Assembly (NCBI GenBank): GCA_963787125.1
Contig: CAWBBV010000007.1
Span: forward strand, 192,001 to 256,000
Source: an uncultured delta proteobacterium
GTDB lineage: Bacteria; Desulfobacterota; Desulfuromonadia; Geobacterales; DSM-12255
DNA length: 64,000 nucleotides
Reading direction: 5' to 3'
Shown: positions 1 to 9,829 of the stretch, one piece after another
Numbering within the stretch: the first letter of the stretch is position 1
How the letters are laid out: each line of letters starts with the position of its first letter
The notes under the pieces: generated by a model
What the model was told of the DNA's origin: nothing
Seen by the model: the letters and a program-made list of their open reading frames with translations, nothing else
Database searches by the model: none
Translations under genes and position numbers: made by a program

Positions 1-2
1 CG

Positions 3-611
3 GCGCTTATTGAAGGGGTCCAGGAAGAGACAGCCAAGGCATCAGCCGCTGTCCGCCAGACCGAGGAGAAGGTCCAGGAAGGGGAGCATCTCTCCCGGCG
101 TTCCGGAGATGCGCTCGGCAAAATTCTCTCCGGTGTGCGGATGGCGTCGACAAGAGTAAACGAAATTGCCAGGGCGACTGTTGAGCAGGCGCAGGGCGGT
201 CAATTCATTCATGGCGCCATGAGGCACGTGGCAGAGATGGTGGAGCAGATTGCCCGTTCATGCCAGGAATCGGGCCGAACAAATAGATCGATAATGACCG
301 CTGTCGAGCGAATGAAGGGATTTACTTCCCAGGTTAACAGCTCGGCTGCAAGCCAGCAGCAGATTGGAGATGAGATTGCAAAGTTTACGGATCAGATGGC
401 GGCTGACATAAAAAGCATCAAGGATGCGTGTGGTGAACAGTCTGAATGGAGCATGCAGATCTACAGCTCTATCGACACAGTCCGTGATTCAACTCAGAGC
501 AATCTGGATTCGGCCAGAATAATGGAAACCGGGGTGGAGAATCTGCTTTCCCAGATTAGCAAACTTAAAAAAGAGATTGTGCAGTTGCAGGTTTCAGACA
601 AAAAAGGGTGA
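3..611 (+). CDS. Methyl-accepting chemotaxis protein, C-terminal part (5' end outside window)
   Basis: Frame is open from nt 3 (ALIEGVQEETAKASAAVRQTEEKVQEG...) into the 135..611 ORF; heptad MCP-like signalling helices (EIARATVEQ). Confidence 0.8.
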   Translation, partial: ALIEGVQEETAKASAAVRQTEEKVQEGEHLSRRSGDALGKILSGVRMASTRVNEIARATVEQAQGGQFIHGAMRHVAEMVEQIARSCQESGRTNRSIMTAVERMKGFTSQVNSSAASQQQIGDEIAKFTDQMAADIKSIKDACGEQSEWSMQIYSSIDTVRDSTQSNLDSARIMETGVENLLSQISKLKKEIVQLQVSDKKG

Positions 612-614
612 CAA

Positions 615-1067
615 ATGAATAGTATGAGTGACGCTGCGCTGGCTCAGCAGTTGGAAGAGATAGCCGCGAGCATGGTTTGCAAGGATTATGTGACTGCGTT
701 TGCGAATCTGCAGAAGGTACCTTTGCAGTCAAGAACTCCGCTGGTGCTTTCAGCGCTTGCTCTTTGTATGGCGGAAGTTAAAGGCGCCGGCAAGAGTGTT
801 GTTAATCTCTGTCATGAGGCCATTAAAAAAGACCCGAAAAATCCTGAACATTATTATCGGCAAGGGCGGATACTTTTTCTTGCCGGCAGGAAAAAAGATG
901 CCATATGGGTGCTGAGAATGGGGCTAAGGTACGGCAAGCACAGAGGCATAATAGAGGCACTTGGTGCAATGGGAGTCAGAAGGTCACCGCCGCTGGGTTT
1001 TCTGCCGCGCAGTAATCCGTTGAATAAATATCTGGGAATACTGCTTACAAAAATAAATCTGAGATGA
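615..1067 (+). CDS. TPR-like hypothetical protein
   Basis: AIKKDPKNPEHYYRQGRILFLAGRKKDA resembles a TPR. Confidence 0.65.
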   Translation: MNSMSDAALAQQLEEIAASMVCKDYVTAFANLQKVPLQSRTPLVLSALALCMAEVKGAGKSVVNLCHEAIKKDPKNPEHYYRQGRILFLAGRKKDAIWVLRMGLRYGKHRGIIEALGAMGVRRSPPLGFLPRSNPLNKYLGILLTKINLR

Positions 1068-1126
1068 ACAAGGGGCAGTGCGGGAGTTGTCGCGTTCTCA
1101 GGCACCGTTGCCAAAATAATTTCTTC

Positions 1127-1465
1127 TCAGCGCAACTCCAACTTCTCAAAGAGTTTCAAGTATTCCGCTTCACCGCTGATGAAGCGGGTTATTCTTACTC
1201 CCATGCCGCTTTTCTTGACCAGATGAATCATCTGCGGCGGCACCTTTTTTGCCCACATTACCAGCGCCTCAAAGGTAACAGTTGTGGCCTCGTCCAGCAG
1301 CAACTCTACAACCACAGCTTTGCCGGGGTTACAGATATTGGTTGTCTTGATAAAGAGCCCGGTGGTGGAGATGTCCTCGGTAAAGGCGAGTCGGGTCGCT
1401 TCACCAATCCCGAAGCGTAACGAAAATCTTTTCCGGTGCCGCCCAAGATCTCTCTTTTCAGCCAA
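1127..1465 (-). CDS. PilZ-domain protein
   Basis: N-terminal Arg-rich segment (KRDLGRHRKR), DISTTG (D/NxSxxG), C-terminal GMGVR. Confidence 0.8.
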   Translation of the reverse strand: MAEKRDLGRHRKRFSLRFGIGEATRLAFTEDISTTGLFIKTTNICNPGKAVVVELLLDEATTVTFEALVMWAKKVPPQMIHLVKKSGMGVRITRFISGEAEYLKLFEKLELR

Positions 1466-1492
1466 TTTAAGCCTCCAGCAAAAGTGTAAATG

Positions 1493-1537
1493 GCCTGAAT
1501 ACGACAGTTTTAAGCTGCCGTATTCAGGCTTTTTTTT
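1493..1537. terminator. Hairpin between aminotransferase and PilZ genes
   Basis: gcctgaatacg...cgtattcaggc stem with T-run on the + side. Confidence 0.45.
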
Positions 1538-2840
1538 AAGAGTTTAGATATTCCCTGATCTTCTCCGCCAGAATCCCGTAGACTCTGCCGCATTCGCTCT
1601 CATCCCGCTCAAGCAGTGTAACCCTGAAACCCTGCAAGGATGTATTGAACGAAGAGAGCGGCACGATGCAGATGCCGGTTGCTGCAAGGGTATAGTAGAC
1701 AAAACGCTTGTCAGGGGAGACGTTGGCCCCGCTGACAAGTTTCTCCACAAGTTCCCTTACTTCAGGTTTATCTATCGGCAAGGACTGGCTGCTGTTAAGC
1801 AGCCCATCCTTGAAAGCTACCGACATGTAGAATGCCCCGTTCGTTCTGTTGACGGTCAGGCCGGGCACATCCTTAAGGAAGTTGTAAGTGATGCTGCTCA
1901 TCTTCTCGTATCTTCTGGTCCGTTCCTCAAGATAGACCGGATACTGCGGGTGCTTCATGATTGGCGGTATACATTTTTGCGGCAGGGTCGTTGAGCAGAC
2001 CTCGTTCATCTTCAGGGTCAAAATGGCGTTAACGTACTTCTGAAAAGCAGCGTCTTTGTCAAAGTTATAAGTCTCTATCCAACCGCATCTGGAGCCGGGC
2101 CAAGGGAACTCCTTGGAGATCCCCTTGAGAGCGATTGCCGGAACATCACCGATAATGTCAGAAATCGGTACTGTGCTCTGACCGTTGTAAACGATGTTGT
2201 TATAAACCTCATCAGCAATAATGAAGAGGTCGAACTCCTTTGCCAGAGCAACAATTTTCTCCAGGGTCTCTTTTGGATAGACCATGCCGGTAGGGTTGTC
2301 CGGATTTATCAGCATAATCGCGGCCACGCCCGGATTATCGATTATCTGACAACGCATCTCTTCAAGGTCAGGAAACCAGTTGTCCTCTGCTTTCAGCCGG
2401 TAGCAGACCGGCTTTGCACCTGAGTTTGCAGATTCGGCCAGTGTGTGTGTCGTGTATGTGGGGGAGGGGACAAGTACTCTGGTTGCGGAATCGAGGCAGC
2501 CGTATATTTTGGCAATGGCATCGCCGAGTCCGTTAAAAAAGATAATGTCATCCGGAGTTATCTGCGTCCCGCCACGACCGTTGGTCAGCTCGCAGATGAA
2601 CTCTCTGGTTTCGAGCAGCCCGCGGGTATGACAGTAGCCCCAGGAGTCGTTTTCCATTGCTTCAGCAGCGACAATCTCCTTCATCCACACCGGGATCTGC
2701 TCCCCCTTGACAATCGGGTCACCGATATTCTCCCAGTTGATCTTTACTCCGCATTTCTGCAGTTTTTCGGCAACATTGACAATATTCCTGATTTCATAAG
2801 TCATCTCGCCAACGCCTGGGCTAACCAGATCTGTTCTCAT
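1536..2840 (-). CDS. PLP-dependent class I/II aminotransferase, AlaA/alanine transaminase-like
   Basis: YEIR...NIGDP N-terminus, INPDNPTG, ADEVY, ISKEFPWPGSRCGW PLP-lysine motif. Confidence 0.85.
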   Translation of the reverse strand: MRTDLVSPGVGEMTYEIRNIVNVAEKLQKCGVKINWENIGDPIVKGEQIPVWMKEIVAAEAMENDSWGYCHTRGLLETREFICELTNGRGGTQITPDDIIFFNGLGDAIAKIYGCLDSATRVLVPSPTYTTHTLAESANSGAKPVCYRLKAEDNWFPDLEEMRCQIIDNPGVAAIMLINPDNPTGMVYPKETLEKIVALAKEFDLFIIADEVYNNIVYNGQSTVPISDIIGDVPAIALKGISKEFPWPGSRCGWIETYNFDKDAAFQKYVNAILTLKMNEVCSTTLPQKCIPPIMKHPQYPVYLEERTRRYEKMSSITYNFLKDVPGLTVNRTNGAFYMSVAFKDGLLNSSQSLPIDKPEVRELVEKLVSGANVSPDKRFVYYTLAATGICIVPLSSFNTSLQGFRVTLLERDESECGRVYGILAEKIREYLNS

Positions 2841-2858
2841 TTTCGCCTCCGAGGTAAT

Positions 2859-2888
2859 AAAAAAGCCGTGGGTTTGTCACCCACGGCT
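2859..2888 (-). terminator. Intrinsic terminator (attenuator) in the aminotransferase 5' leader
   Basis: Minus strand AGCCGTGGGT-GACAA-ACCCACGGCT-TTTTT: perfect 10-bp stem plus U tract just upstream of the RBS. Confidence 0.8.
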
Positions 2889-2918
2889 AAACTTTCTAAA
2901 AAAGTGCTGAAACTCTAT

Positions 2919-2999
2919 TCAGCAAGCAGCGGGGAGCAAGGCGGCTGGTGATGCCGCTGTGATAATCGCTCGTGCTGCTATGTTGGCTGAATTAATCAT
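2919..2999 (-). CDS. Putative Ala-rich attenuation leader peptide MINSANIAARAIITAASPAALLPAAC
   Basis: ATG..TGA, 26 codons, 10 Ala; lies 30 nt upstream of the terminator. Confidence 0.6.
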   Translation of the reverse strand: MINSANIAARAIITAASPAALLPAAC

Positions 3000-3043
3000 G
3001 TTGTTTCGAATAGCATATCAAAAGGCTGCAAGTCAATAACTAA

Positions 3044-3628
3044 TCAGAGATTGAAAGCGATCACCAGCCGTCCGTTCTCATCCCGCCAGCGTAGCCAGCC
3101 TTGCGTCTGTGAATCAGTGGTTACCCTGATCCAGTCGCCATCAAGTTGCAAAGAGATAACCATGCTCCCTTTTGCCAGAGTTTCAAGCGTCGCGGAATTG
3201 CTATCGGCGCTACTGCGCAGCTGATAAAACTCTTTTCTCAGCCCCCCAAGCAGCACTACCTGTCTATTTACAAGCAGCTCTTGCCAGCCGTAAAACCGGT
3301 ACGTAGAGCGACCCTCTACCCACCCTTCGCGTTCGCCATCATCATAGATGATCCGGAACCACCCTGATCTTTTAGAGGTGACTATGGCGGGAATTAGCCC
3401 ATCCGGCGAAGAGATAGATTGTGACAGCGCCGGGAGCCTGGCCGCATCGAGCGCGGTTATCCGCCCAAGTGACGGCTCTTTATAGATGAGGATCACGGGG
3501 CGCTCTGCAGTTGATGTTTTGCTGAGAAGAAGAATCCCCGTTCCGCCCGGAATCCTTGCTTTTACAGGGGCTGCGGCAGCGGCTGAGGCAAAGGCGATGA
3601 GCAGTGCTAACAGGAGTACCCTGAGCAT
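3044..3628 (-). CDS. Exported SH3-like domain protein
   Basis: Signal peptide; two GW-containing SH3b-like repeats (GWFRI..EGWV; DWIRV..QGWL). Confidence 0.65.
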   Translation of the reverse strand: MLRVLLLALLIAFASAAAAAPVKARIPGGTGILLLSKTSTAERPVILIYKEPSLGRITALDAARLPALSQSISSPDGLIPAIVTSKRSGWFRIIYDDGEREGWVEGRSTYRFYGWQELLVNRQVVLLGGLRKEFYQLRSSADSNSATLETLAKGSMVISLQLDGDWIRVTTDSQTQGWLRWRDENGRLVIAFNL

Positions 3629-3630
3629 GA

Positions 3631-4098
3631 TCAGGCGGAGAACTCTTTTTTCAAGTCAAAAAGGTACTTTGCGGCCATAGCTCCATCTTCCGGGGCCCAG
3701 ACAGGCTTCTCGCTTTCTGTCAACGGTACATAAGGCCCGGCCTTTGCTTCGAAGAAAATAGTCCCTTCAGCAAGACTGACCGCTGTATGGAAAACTCCCG
3801 ACGGAATATCCGCGCCGATGTTTTCACCGTCAGCATCAAGCAGCAACTTTTCAGTTACGCCGCCGTTATCGTCAAAAATAAGTATGCCGAGCCGACCGCG
3901 AACGATCATGAACGTCTCATCTTTGAGCGGATCCAGATGCCGGTGCGGCCGGATGTATGATGCCGGTTCCATGGCATTAAGCAGGCGGTGAGCAGGGAAA
4001 TTGTCGCTTGGGTGAATGTTCCAGTTTTTCCGCAGGCGCGGATTTTCTTTAGCCGCAGCTGTAATCTCGTTCAGTAGTTGCCCGTTTATGATTTTCAT
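3631..4098 (-). CDS. WbuC-family cupin protein
   Basis: NPRLRKNWNIH, RLLNAMEPASYIRPHRH, FEAKAGPY; start chosen at MKIING. Confidence 0.85.
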   Translation of the reverse strand: MKIINGQLLNEITAAAKENPRLRKNWNIHPSDNFPAHRLLNAMEPASYIRPHRHLDPLKDETFMIVRGRLGILIFDDNGGVTEKLLLDADGENIGADIPSGVFHTAVSLAEGTIFFEAKAGPYVPLTESEKPVWAPEDGAMAAKYLFDLKKEFSA

Positions 4099-4099
4099 T

Positions 4100-4453
4100 C
4101 TATCTGTCCACCAGTGCGATCTGGTTGCCATCCGGGTCTGCCACCACTGCCATCTTCCCCCAGGGGGATGCCTCCAGCGGTTCGGTAAATATCACCCCGG
4201 CAGTTGTCAGTTCGCGGCAGAGAGCGACGATGTCCTTGGTGGTCAGAGTTATGCCGGTATGTCTGCCGACAAGCGGCATGGCTGCTTCATGCATCGCCAG
4301 CGCCACACCGAATTTTGTCCCCTCGCCCGGGAAAAATTCCAGCATCATCTGGGTCTCCTGGACGAGCGGCAGTCCAAGTTGCTCGACGTAGAATTTTTTC
4401 GCAATTGCCAGGTCACGGACAAAAATCACGACATTTTTCATGCTGATGTTCAT
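4100..4453 (-). CDS. VOC/glyoxalase family protein
   Basis: VRDLAIAKKFY..LGL and PWG..AVVADPDGN motifs. Confidence 0.85.
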   Translation of the reverse strand: MNISMKNVVIFVRDLAIAKKFYVEQLGLPLVQETQMMLEFFPGEGTKFGVALAMHEAAMPLVGRHTGITLTTKDIVALCRELTTAGVIFTEPLEASPWGKMAVVADPDGNQIALVDR

Positions 4454-4593
4454 TTTCAGATTACTCCTTTAAAATAAGTCACCCGTCTTGATAGCAGAGG
4501 AGCATTGAGCTTTCAAGGGATTTCGTTGCCATGCTTGACTTGCTCCCGCGTGCCGCTATAGTGTGAGGCAGACCAACCGTTAGGAGCATTCAA

Positions 4594-7500
4594 ATGTCAC
4601 GCCGCCGTAAAATAGCCATTATCACCGCTTCAGCCATTATCGCGCTGCTGATTTTCACCGCTTTTGTCCTGCCATACATTGTCAGAAGCCAACTTGAAAA
4701 GCAGATTGCCGTGGCCACCGACCGCAGCTGCACGGTAGCCAAAGTTTATATCAATCCTCTTAACTGGTCAGCCGAAGTTGTAGGGGTAAAGTTGGCCGAA
4801 AAGAGTTCGCCCGCTACCTTTGTCTCTTTCAGCAGCCTGAAGCTGAAGGTCAGCCCGACCTCTGTCTGGAGAATGGCGCCGGTGGTTTCATCCTTGAAGA
4901 TCAGTTCACCATACGTGCATCTTCTGCGCGATTCGCCCAACAGTTACAATTTCAGCGATATCCTGGCAAAATTGCCAAAAAAGAAGGGTGGTGAGCCGGC
5001 ACGGTTCTCGCTCAACAATATAGTGATTGAAAATGGCAAAATTGAATTTGACGACAACGCTCTCGCAGCGCCCCAACGCCACACTGTCGCACAACTTTCT
5101 CTCCAGGTCCCCTTTATCAGCAGCATCGCTTATTTTGCTGACAGATACGTGGATCCGCAGCTCTCAGCTGTTGTTAATGGCGCGCCGCTAATTTTTGCAG
5201 GCAAGGTCAAGCCATTTGAAAAAGGACTGACCGCGACGCTCAATATTGATCTCAAAGGGGTTGACATCCCTTCCTATGCGGCTTATTTCCCGAAAAAACT
5301 TCCAGTCAGGATTACCAACGGCTCGCTTGTCGCAAACATAAGAATTGATCATCATCTGATTCGTGGTGGAAAGCCTGATATCAATATTTCTGGTCTGATC
5401 GGGGTGAAAAATCTGGCTATAACTGAAAATTCCGGCGTGCCACTCTTTTCACTCGGTCTGTTTTCTGTAGAAATGCGCAAGTTGGCACTCCTGACGGGTC
5501 GTTATGAGTTTGATAAACTTTCACTGGAGAATCCACAGTTGGCAGTGACAGCAGACAGGCAGGGTGTCTGGAACCTGCTCCGGCTCAAAGGCAAAGCAGC
5601 AGGTGATGGTGCTGACAAGAAGATTCCGGCTGAGACTAAGAAGCCGGATATTTCCATAAGTAAGCTGCAGATAATTGAAGGGATTGTGAATATTAAAGAT
5701 TATCACCCCTCTGGCGGAAGCTCTGTCGAGCTTAAGAATATCGCCTTTTCCCTGGATAATTTTGCCAGCAGAGGCGAAGTGCCGGCACCATACACACTTT
5801 CGTTAGTAACAGGCAGGAAAGAGAAAGCCACTGCATCCGGAAATATTTCTCTGGAACCCCTTGCCGTTTCGGCGCGGATTAACCTGGCAGATATCGTTCT
5901 CGAAGCTACTTACCTGTCAGCACTGTTAAACGATCCAGTCCGCGGAAGAGGTGATTTTGGCGGAGACCTTGCTTTCAGCAGTGAGCAGGGGTTGACAATC
6001 GATCGGGCCCAGCTCCGGCTCAAGGACGTCCGCGTCCCATTTGGCAAGAGTGATGGTGTTTCATTGCCGTTGTTGGTGGCTGAAGGCGGGCGCCTCAATC
6101 TCAAAGAGAGGGCGTTTTTTCTGGAAAAGATAACTACGTCTGGCGGCAAAGTGGCAATTTCTCGCGATCTGACCGGAAAACTCTCGACATCTCTGCTGAT
6201 AAAACCGAAAAATGCTTTAGCTAAAGCACCGGCGGTTGTTCCAGTAACAGAAAAACCATTTTCATGGAAGATCGGCAAAGTGGCTCTGAATGGTTTGCAC
6301 GCTACATTTCAGGATTATCTGAAAGAGGAGCAGCCGAGGTTCGAGCTGGCGGATATAAAGGCGGAGCTCTCACTCATCAACGGGCCGCAACTGACGGAGA
6401 TGCCTGTTGCTGTTGCTGCAAAGTACGCAAAAGGCTCGATCACGTTCGGTGGCAGGGTTAATCCTGCGCCATTTCGTTTTAAAGGGGATATTATCTGCAA
6501 GAACTTCCCCTTTGCCGAGTTTGATCCATATCTGCCGAACGGGTTTAACATTGCCCTTGTCGACGGGAAACTGGATACAAAACTTACCCTTGATGTTGCC
6601 GTGAAAGAAGGCAAACCACAGGGCAGTTTCCATGGTGAAGCCGGGATAAGGGACTTCCACGTAATCGATGCAGATGAGGATGATCTCCTTAAATGGGAGA
6701 GTTTTCTTCTGGATAAATTCAGCGGGACGCTTGAGCCGTTTACTCTGGCCATGAGCGGTCTGAGCCTGAACAACTACTATGCGAAACTTATAGTCAATAA
6801 GAATGGCCGAATTAATTTACAGGATATTTACAAGGCTCCGGCGAAAGAGACGGACGTTGCGGTAGCCGTGGCACCGAAAGCTGCCAGTAACAGGAATATC
6901 CGCATCGACACCATTACGCTCTCTTCCGGCACACTTGATTTCAGCGATCATCATTTGAATCGAGACTTTGCCACGACAATGCTGAATATGGGGGGTAGAA
7001 TCAGCGGTCTCAGCTCTGACGCTGCTTCAGCTGCAGATATTGATTTGCGTGGCAACCTGGAAAATCACTCGCCGCTGAAAATATCCGGCAAAGTGAACCC
7101 TTTGGCCAGCGAGCTTTTCCTCGATATGCAGATCAATTTCAGCGATATCGAGCTCTCGCCGCTAACCCCCTATTCAGGTACATATCTTGGCTATGTAATT
7201 GACAAGGGCAAGCTCTCGCTCGGCATGAAGTACAAGATCGAAAAAAAGAGCCTGACAGCGGAGAACAAGGTTTTTATCGACCAGTTTACCTTTGGGGACA
7301 AGGTTGAGAGCAGCAAGGCAACTGCTCTGCCGGTTAGGCTTGCCGTTGCACTGTTAAAAGACAAGAACGGCGAGATTCATCTTGATCTGCCGGTTTCCGG
7401 AAGGACAGACTCTCCTAAATTCAGTATTTGGGGGGTTGTCGGCCAGGTGCTGAAGAACCTGCTGGTAAAGGCAGCCACATCGCCTTTCGCGCTTTTACAG

Positions 7501-8097
7501 GCAAGTTTCGGTGGTGGCACCGATTTTAGCAGTATAACTTTTTCATCCGGCTCAAGCAGGTTGTCAGCTGCCGAAGAGGAGAAGCTGCGTGCCCTGGCAA
7601 AGGCACTTGGCGAGCGCCCCGGCATCAGACTTGAAATTACCGGTTTTTCTGATAGGGAGCGCGATCCAGAGGGGTATAGAGGTGAACTGCTGCTCAAGAA
7701 GATGAAGAATGAAAAATTACTTTTTCTGGCAAAAGAGAAACGCGATCATAGCAGCGTACAGCATGAAGCAGTAGAAATCCTTCCAGCTGAGTATTCTAGA
7801 TGGCTTAAAACAGTTTATGAAAAAGAAAAATTCCCCAAGCCGAGGACAGCTATCGGGGCAGTCAAGGCCCTGCCTGATGATGAGATGAAAAAGCTGATCC
7901 TTGCCAACACGGCTGTGACAGAGCAGCAGCTGCGGGGCCTGGCAAGAGAGCGTACTCTTGCCACAATGAATTTCCTGCTGAAAGAGGGCAGTTTGCCGCA
8001 AGAGCGGCTTTTTGAGAAGAGCGGCGATCCCTTTGCCAGCGCCGACAAAGGGGGCATAGTCGGTGGGAGGGTTGAGTTTGGCGTAGTAGCCAGATAA
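4594..8097 (+). CDS. DUF748/AsmA-like protein with C-terminal OmpA-like region
   Basis: N-terminal TM, repeated beta-rich units, LPVRLAVALLKDKNGEIHLDLPVSG motif typical of DUF748. Confidence 0.8.
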   Translation: MSRRRKIAIITASAIIALLIFTAFVLPYIVRSQLEKQIAVATDRSCTVAKVYINPLNWSAEVVGVKLAEKSSPATFVSFSSLKLKVSPTSVWRMAPVVSSLKISSPYVHLLRDSPNSYNFSDILAKLPKKKGGEPARFSLNNIVIENGKIEFDDNALAAPQRHTVAQLSLQVPFISSIAYFADRYVDPQLSAVVNGAPLIFAGKVKPFEKGLTATLNIDLKGVDIPSYAAYFPKKLPVRITNGSLVANIRIDHHLIRGGKPDINISGLIGVKNLAITENSGVPLFSLGLFSVEMRKLALLTGRYEFDKLSLENPQLAVTADRQGVWNLLRLKGKAAGDGADKKIPAETKKPDISISKLQIIEGIVNIKDYHPSGGSSVELKNIAFSLDNFASRGEVPAPYTLSLVTGRKEKATASGNISLEPLAVSARINLADIVLEATYLSALLNDPVRGRGDFGGDLAFSSEQGLTIDRAQLRLKDVRVPFGKSDGVSLPLLVAEGGRLNLKERAFFLEKITTSGGKVAISRDLTGKLSTSLLIKPKNALAKAPAVVPVTEKPFSWKIGKVALNGLHATFQDYLKEEQPRFELADIKAELSLINGPQLTEMPVAVAAKYAKGSITFGGRVNPAPFRFKGDIICKNFPFAEFDPYLPNGFNIALVDGKLDTKLTLDVAVKEGKPQGSFHGEAGIRDFHVIDADEDDLLKWESFLLDKFSGTLEPFTLAMSGLSLNNYYAKLIVNKNGRINLQDIYKAPAKETDVAVAVAPKAASNRNIRIDTITLSSGTLDFSDHHLNRDFATTMLNMGGRISGLSSDAASAADIDLRGNLENHSPLKISGKVNPLASELFLDMQINFSDIELSPLTPYSGTYLGYVIDKGKLSLGMKYKIEKKSLTAENKVFIDQFTFGDKVESSKATALPVRLAVALLKDKNGEIHLDLPVSGRTDSPKFSIWGVVGQVLKNLLVKAATSPFALLQASFGGGTDFSSITFSSGSSRLSAAEEEKLRALAKALGERPGIRLEITGFSDRERDPEGYRGELLLKKMKNEKLLFLAKEKRDHSSVQHEAVEILPAEYSRWLKTVYEKEKFPKPRTAIGAVKALPDDEMKKLILANTAVTEQQLRGLARERTLATMNFLLKEGSLPQERLFEKSGDPFASADKGGIVGGRVEFGVVAR

Positions 8098-8110
8098 CGG
8101 CCTGTTGCTT

Positions 8111-8140
8111 TGTAGAGACGCAAAATCTTGCGTCCCTACA
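8111..8140. repeat. REP-like palindrome
   Basis: tgtagagacgcaa-aatc-ttgcgtccctaca imperfect palindrome starting with GTAG. Confidence 0.6.
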
Positions 8141-8238
8141 ATTTTTCTCTTGCCGACTGGAAATCCTCCTTGAGTCAGTTATAATAAAGGCTAACACTTC
8201 TCCACCCCCGTTCAGATGAAGATTTACAGAGGTGCTGC

Positions 8239-9807
8239 GTGATGCTGAATAAAGAGTTAATCTCCGAACTTCGCAATAGCGACAGTCTGTTTGCACAGAT
8301 AATAAACTCTGCGGCTGAGGGGATTATCTGTCTGGACCCACTGGGGAACTGCACCTTTGTGAACAAGGCCTGCCTGTCAATCCTCGATTATGACCTGGCT
8401 TCTGACTTTCTCGGCAAGAATCTCCATGACTTTGTCTACTGCGCTGCCAGTGCCAGGGAACACACTGACAAACTGCCAGAGTGCAGAGTCATGGCGACTA
8501 TTGCAAAAAATGAAGAGTACTTTAATGCGGATGAACAGTTGATCCGTGCTGACGGCAGCTTTATCAGGACGGTGTACAGAGGTCGTCCGCTGCTTGCAGC
8601 GGATGGCAGTATTGTTGGCGCTGTGATCACTTTCTGCGACATCTCTCAGCTTAAGTGCCTTGAAGAGCAGTTGCGTCAGTCACAGAAGCTGGAGGCAATA
8701 GGAACGCTTGCGGGAGGAGTGGCGCACGACTTCAATAATATTCTGACGGCGATCATCGGTTTTGGAAGTTTGATAGAGATGAAGATGGCTGAGGATGATC
8801 CGATGATGAGGAGTCTGCAGCAGATACTCGCCGCTGCAGACAGAGCTTCCGATCTTACCCGCTCCCTGCTGGCATTCACCAGAAAACAGCTGACAGATAT
8901 GCGGATAAGTAATCTAAACAGGATAGTTCAGAACCTGGAAAAAATGCTGAAAAGAGTTCTCCGTGAAGATATTGAGCTTTGCGTCAACCTTTGTCAGGAC
9001 GAGACCGTTGTAATGGCTGATGCGGAACAGATCGAGCAGGTTATGCTAAACCTTGCAACCAACGCCAGAGACGCATTGCCAAAAGGCGGTGAGATAATAG
9101 TCGCTACTTCCAGGTGCATGCTTGATGACGATTTTGTGAAAAAAAACGGGCTTTCAACATCCGGCGCCTACATGATGCTCTCATTTGCCGATAACGGTAC
9201 GGGCATGGACGAGGCGGAAGCTGCCAGAGTTTTTGAGCCGTTTTATACCACCAAGTCTGAAGGCGAGAGTACGGGGTTGGGTCTTTCGGTCTGTTACGGC
9301 ATTATCAGAAACCATAACGGCTATATAGAGTGTCATTCAGAAAAAAGTGTCGGAACGGTCTTTAGAATTTACCTTCCGGAGGTAGCTCCTGATCAGCACC
9401 TTACTGAACGGAGTGCTGTCACGCTCACACATCTGCAAGGGACTGAGACTGTGCTTCTGGCCGAAGATGATCAGGCGGTAAGGGCATTGAGCAGAAAGAT
9501 GCTTGAACAGTTTGGTTACCGGGTTATCGAAGCGACAGATGGTGTTGAAGCTGTTGATCTTTACAAGCAGAACAGCCAGCTTATCAACCTAAGTATTCTT
9601 GATGTTATTATGCCGAAAAAAAGCGGAGTCGCAGCATATCATGAAATATTAAAAGTGAATCCTCAGGCAGCATTCATCTTTATCAGTGGGTATTCAGAGG
9701 ACTTTTTGAAGAAACAGGATCTTCCTGTCGGGGCGATAATTATAAAAAAGCCTGTTGCACCGGTTAGATTCCTGGAAGCGATCAGGAACGAATTGAACAA
9801 AATTTAA
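8239..9807 (+). CDS. PAS-containing hybrid histidine kinase (HisKA-HATPase-REC)
   Basis: [13 protein letters not shown]-box, NARDA N-box, DNGTG, GLGLS, C-terminal receiver (AEDD, DVIMP). Confidence 0.9.
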   Translation: MMLNKELISELRNSDSLFAQIINSAAEGIICLDPLGNCTFVNKACLSILDYDLASDFLGKNLHDFVYCAASAREHTDKLPECRVMATIAKNEEYFNADEQLIRADGSFIRTVYRGRPLLAADGSIVGAVITFCDISQLKCLEEQLRQSQKLEAIGTLAGGVAHDFNNILTAIIGFGSLIEMKMAEDDPMMRSLQQILAAADRASDLTRSLLAFTRKQLTDMRISNLNRIVQNLEKMLKRVLREDIELCVNLCQDETVVMADAEQIEQVMLNLATNARDALPKGGEIIVATSRCMLDDDFVKKNGLSTSGAYMMLSFADNGTGMDEAEAARVFEPFYTTKSEGESTGLGLSVCYGIIRNHNGYIECHSEKSVGTVFRIYLPEVAPDQHLTERSAVTLTHLQGTETVLLAEDDQAVRALSRKMLEQFGYRVIEATDGVEAVDLYKQNSQLINLSILDVIMPKKSGVAAYHEILKVNPQAAFIFISGYSEDFLKKQDLPVGAIIIKKPVAPVRFLEAIRNELNKI

Positions 9808-9829
9808 GAACAAACAAGAGGAGAGAGAA

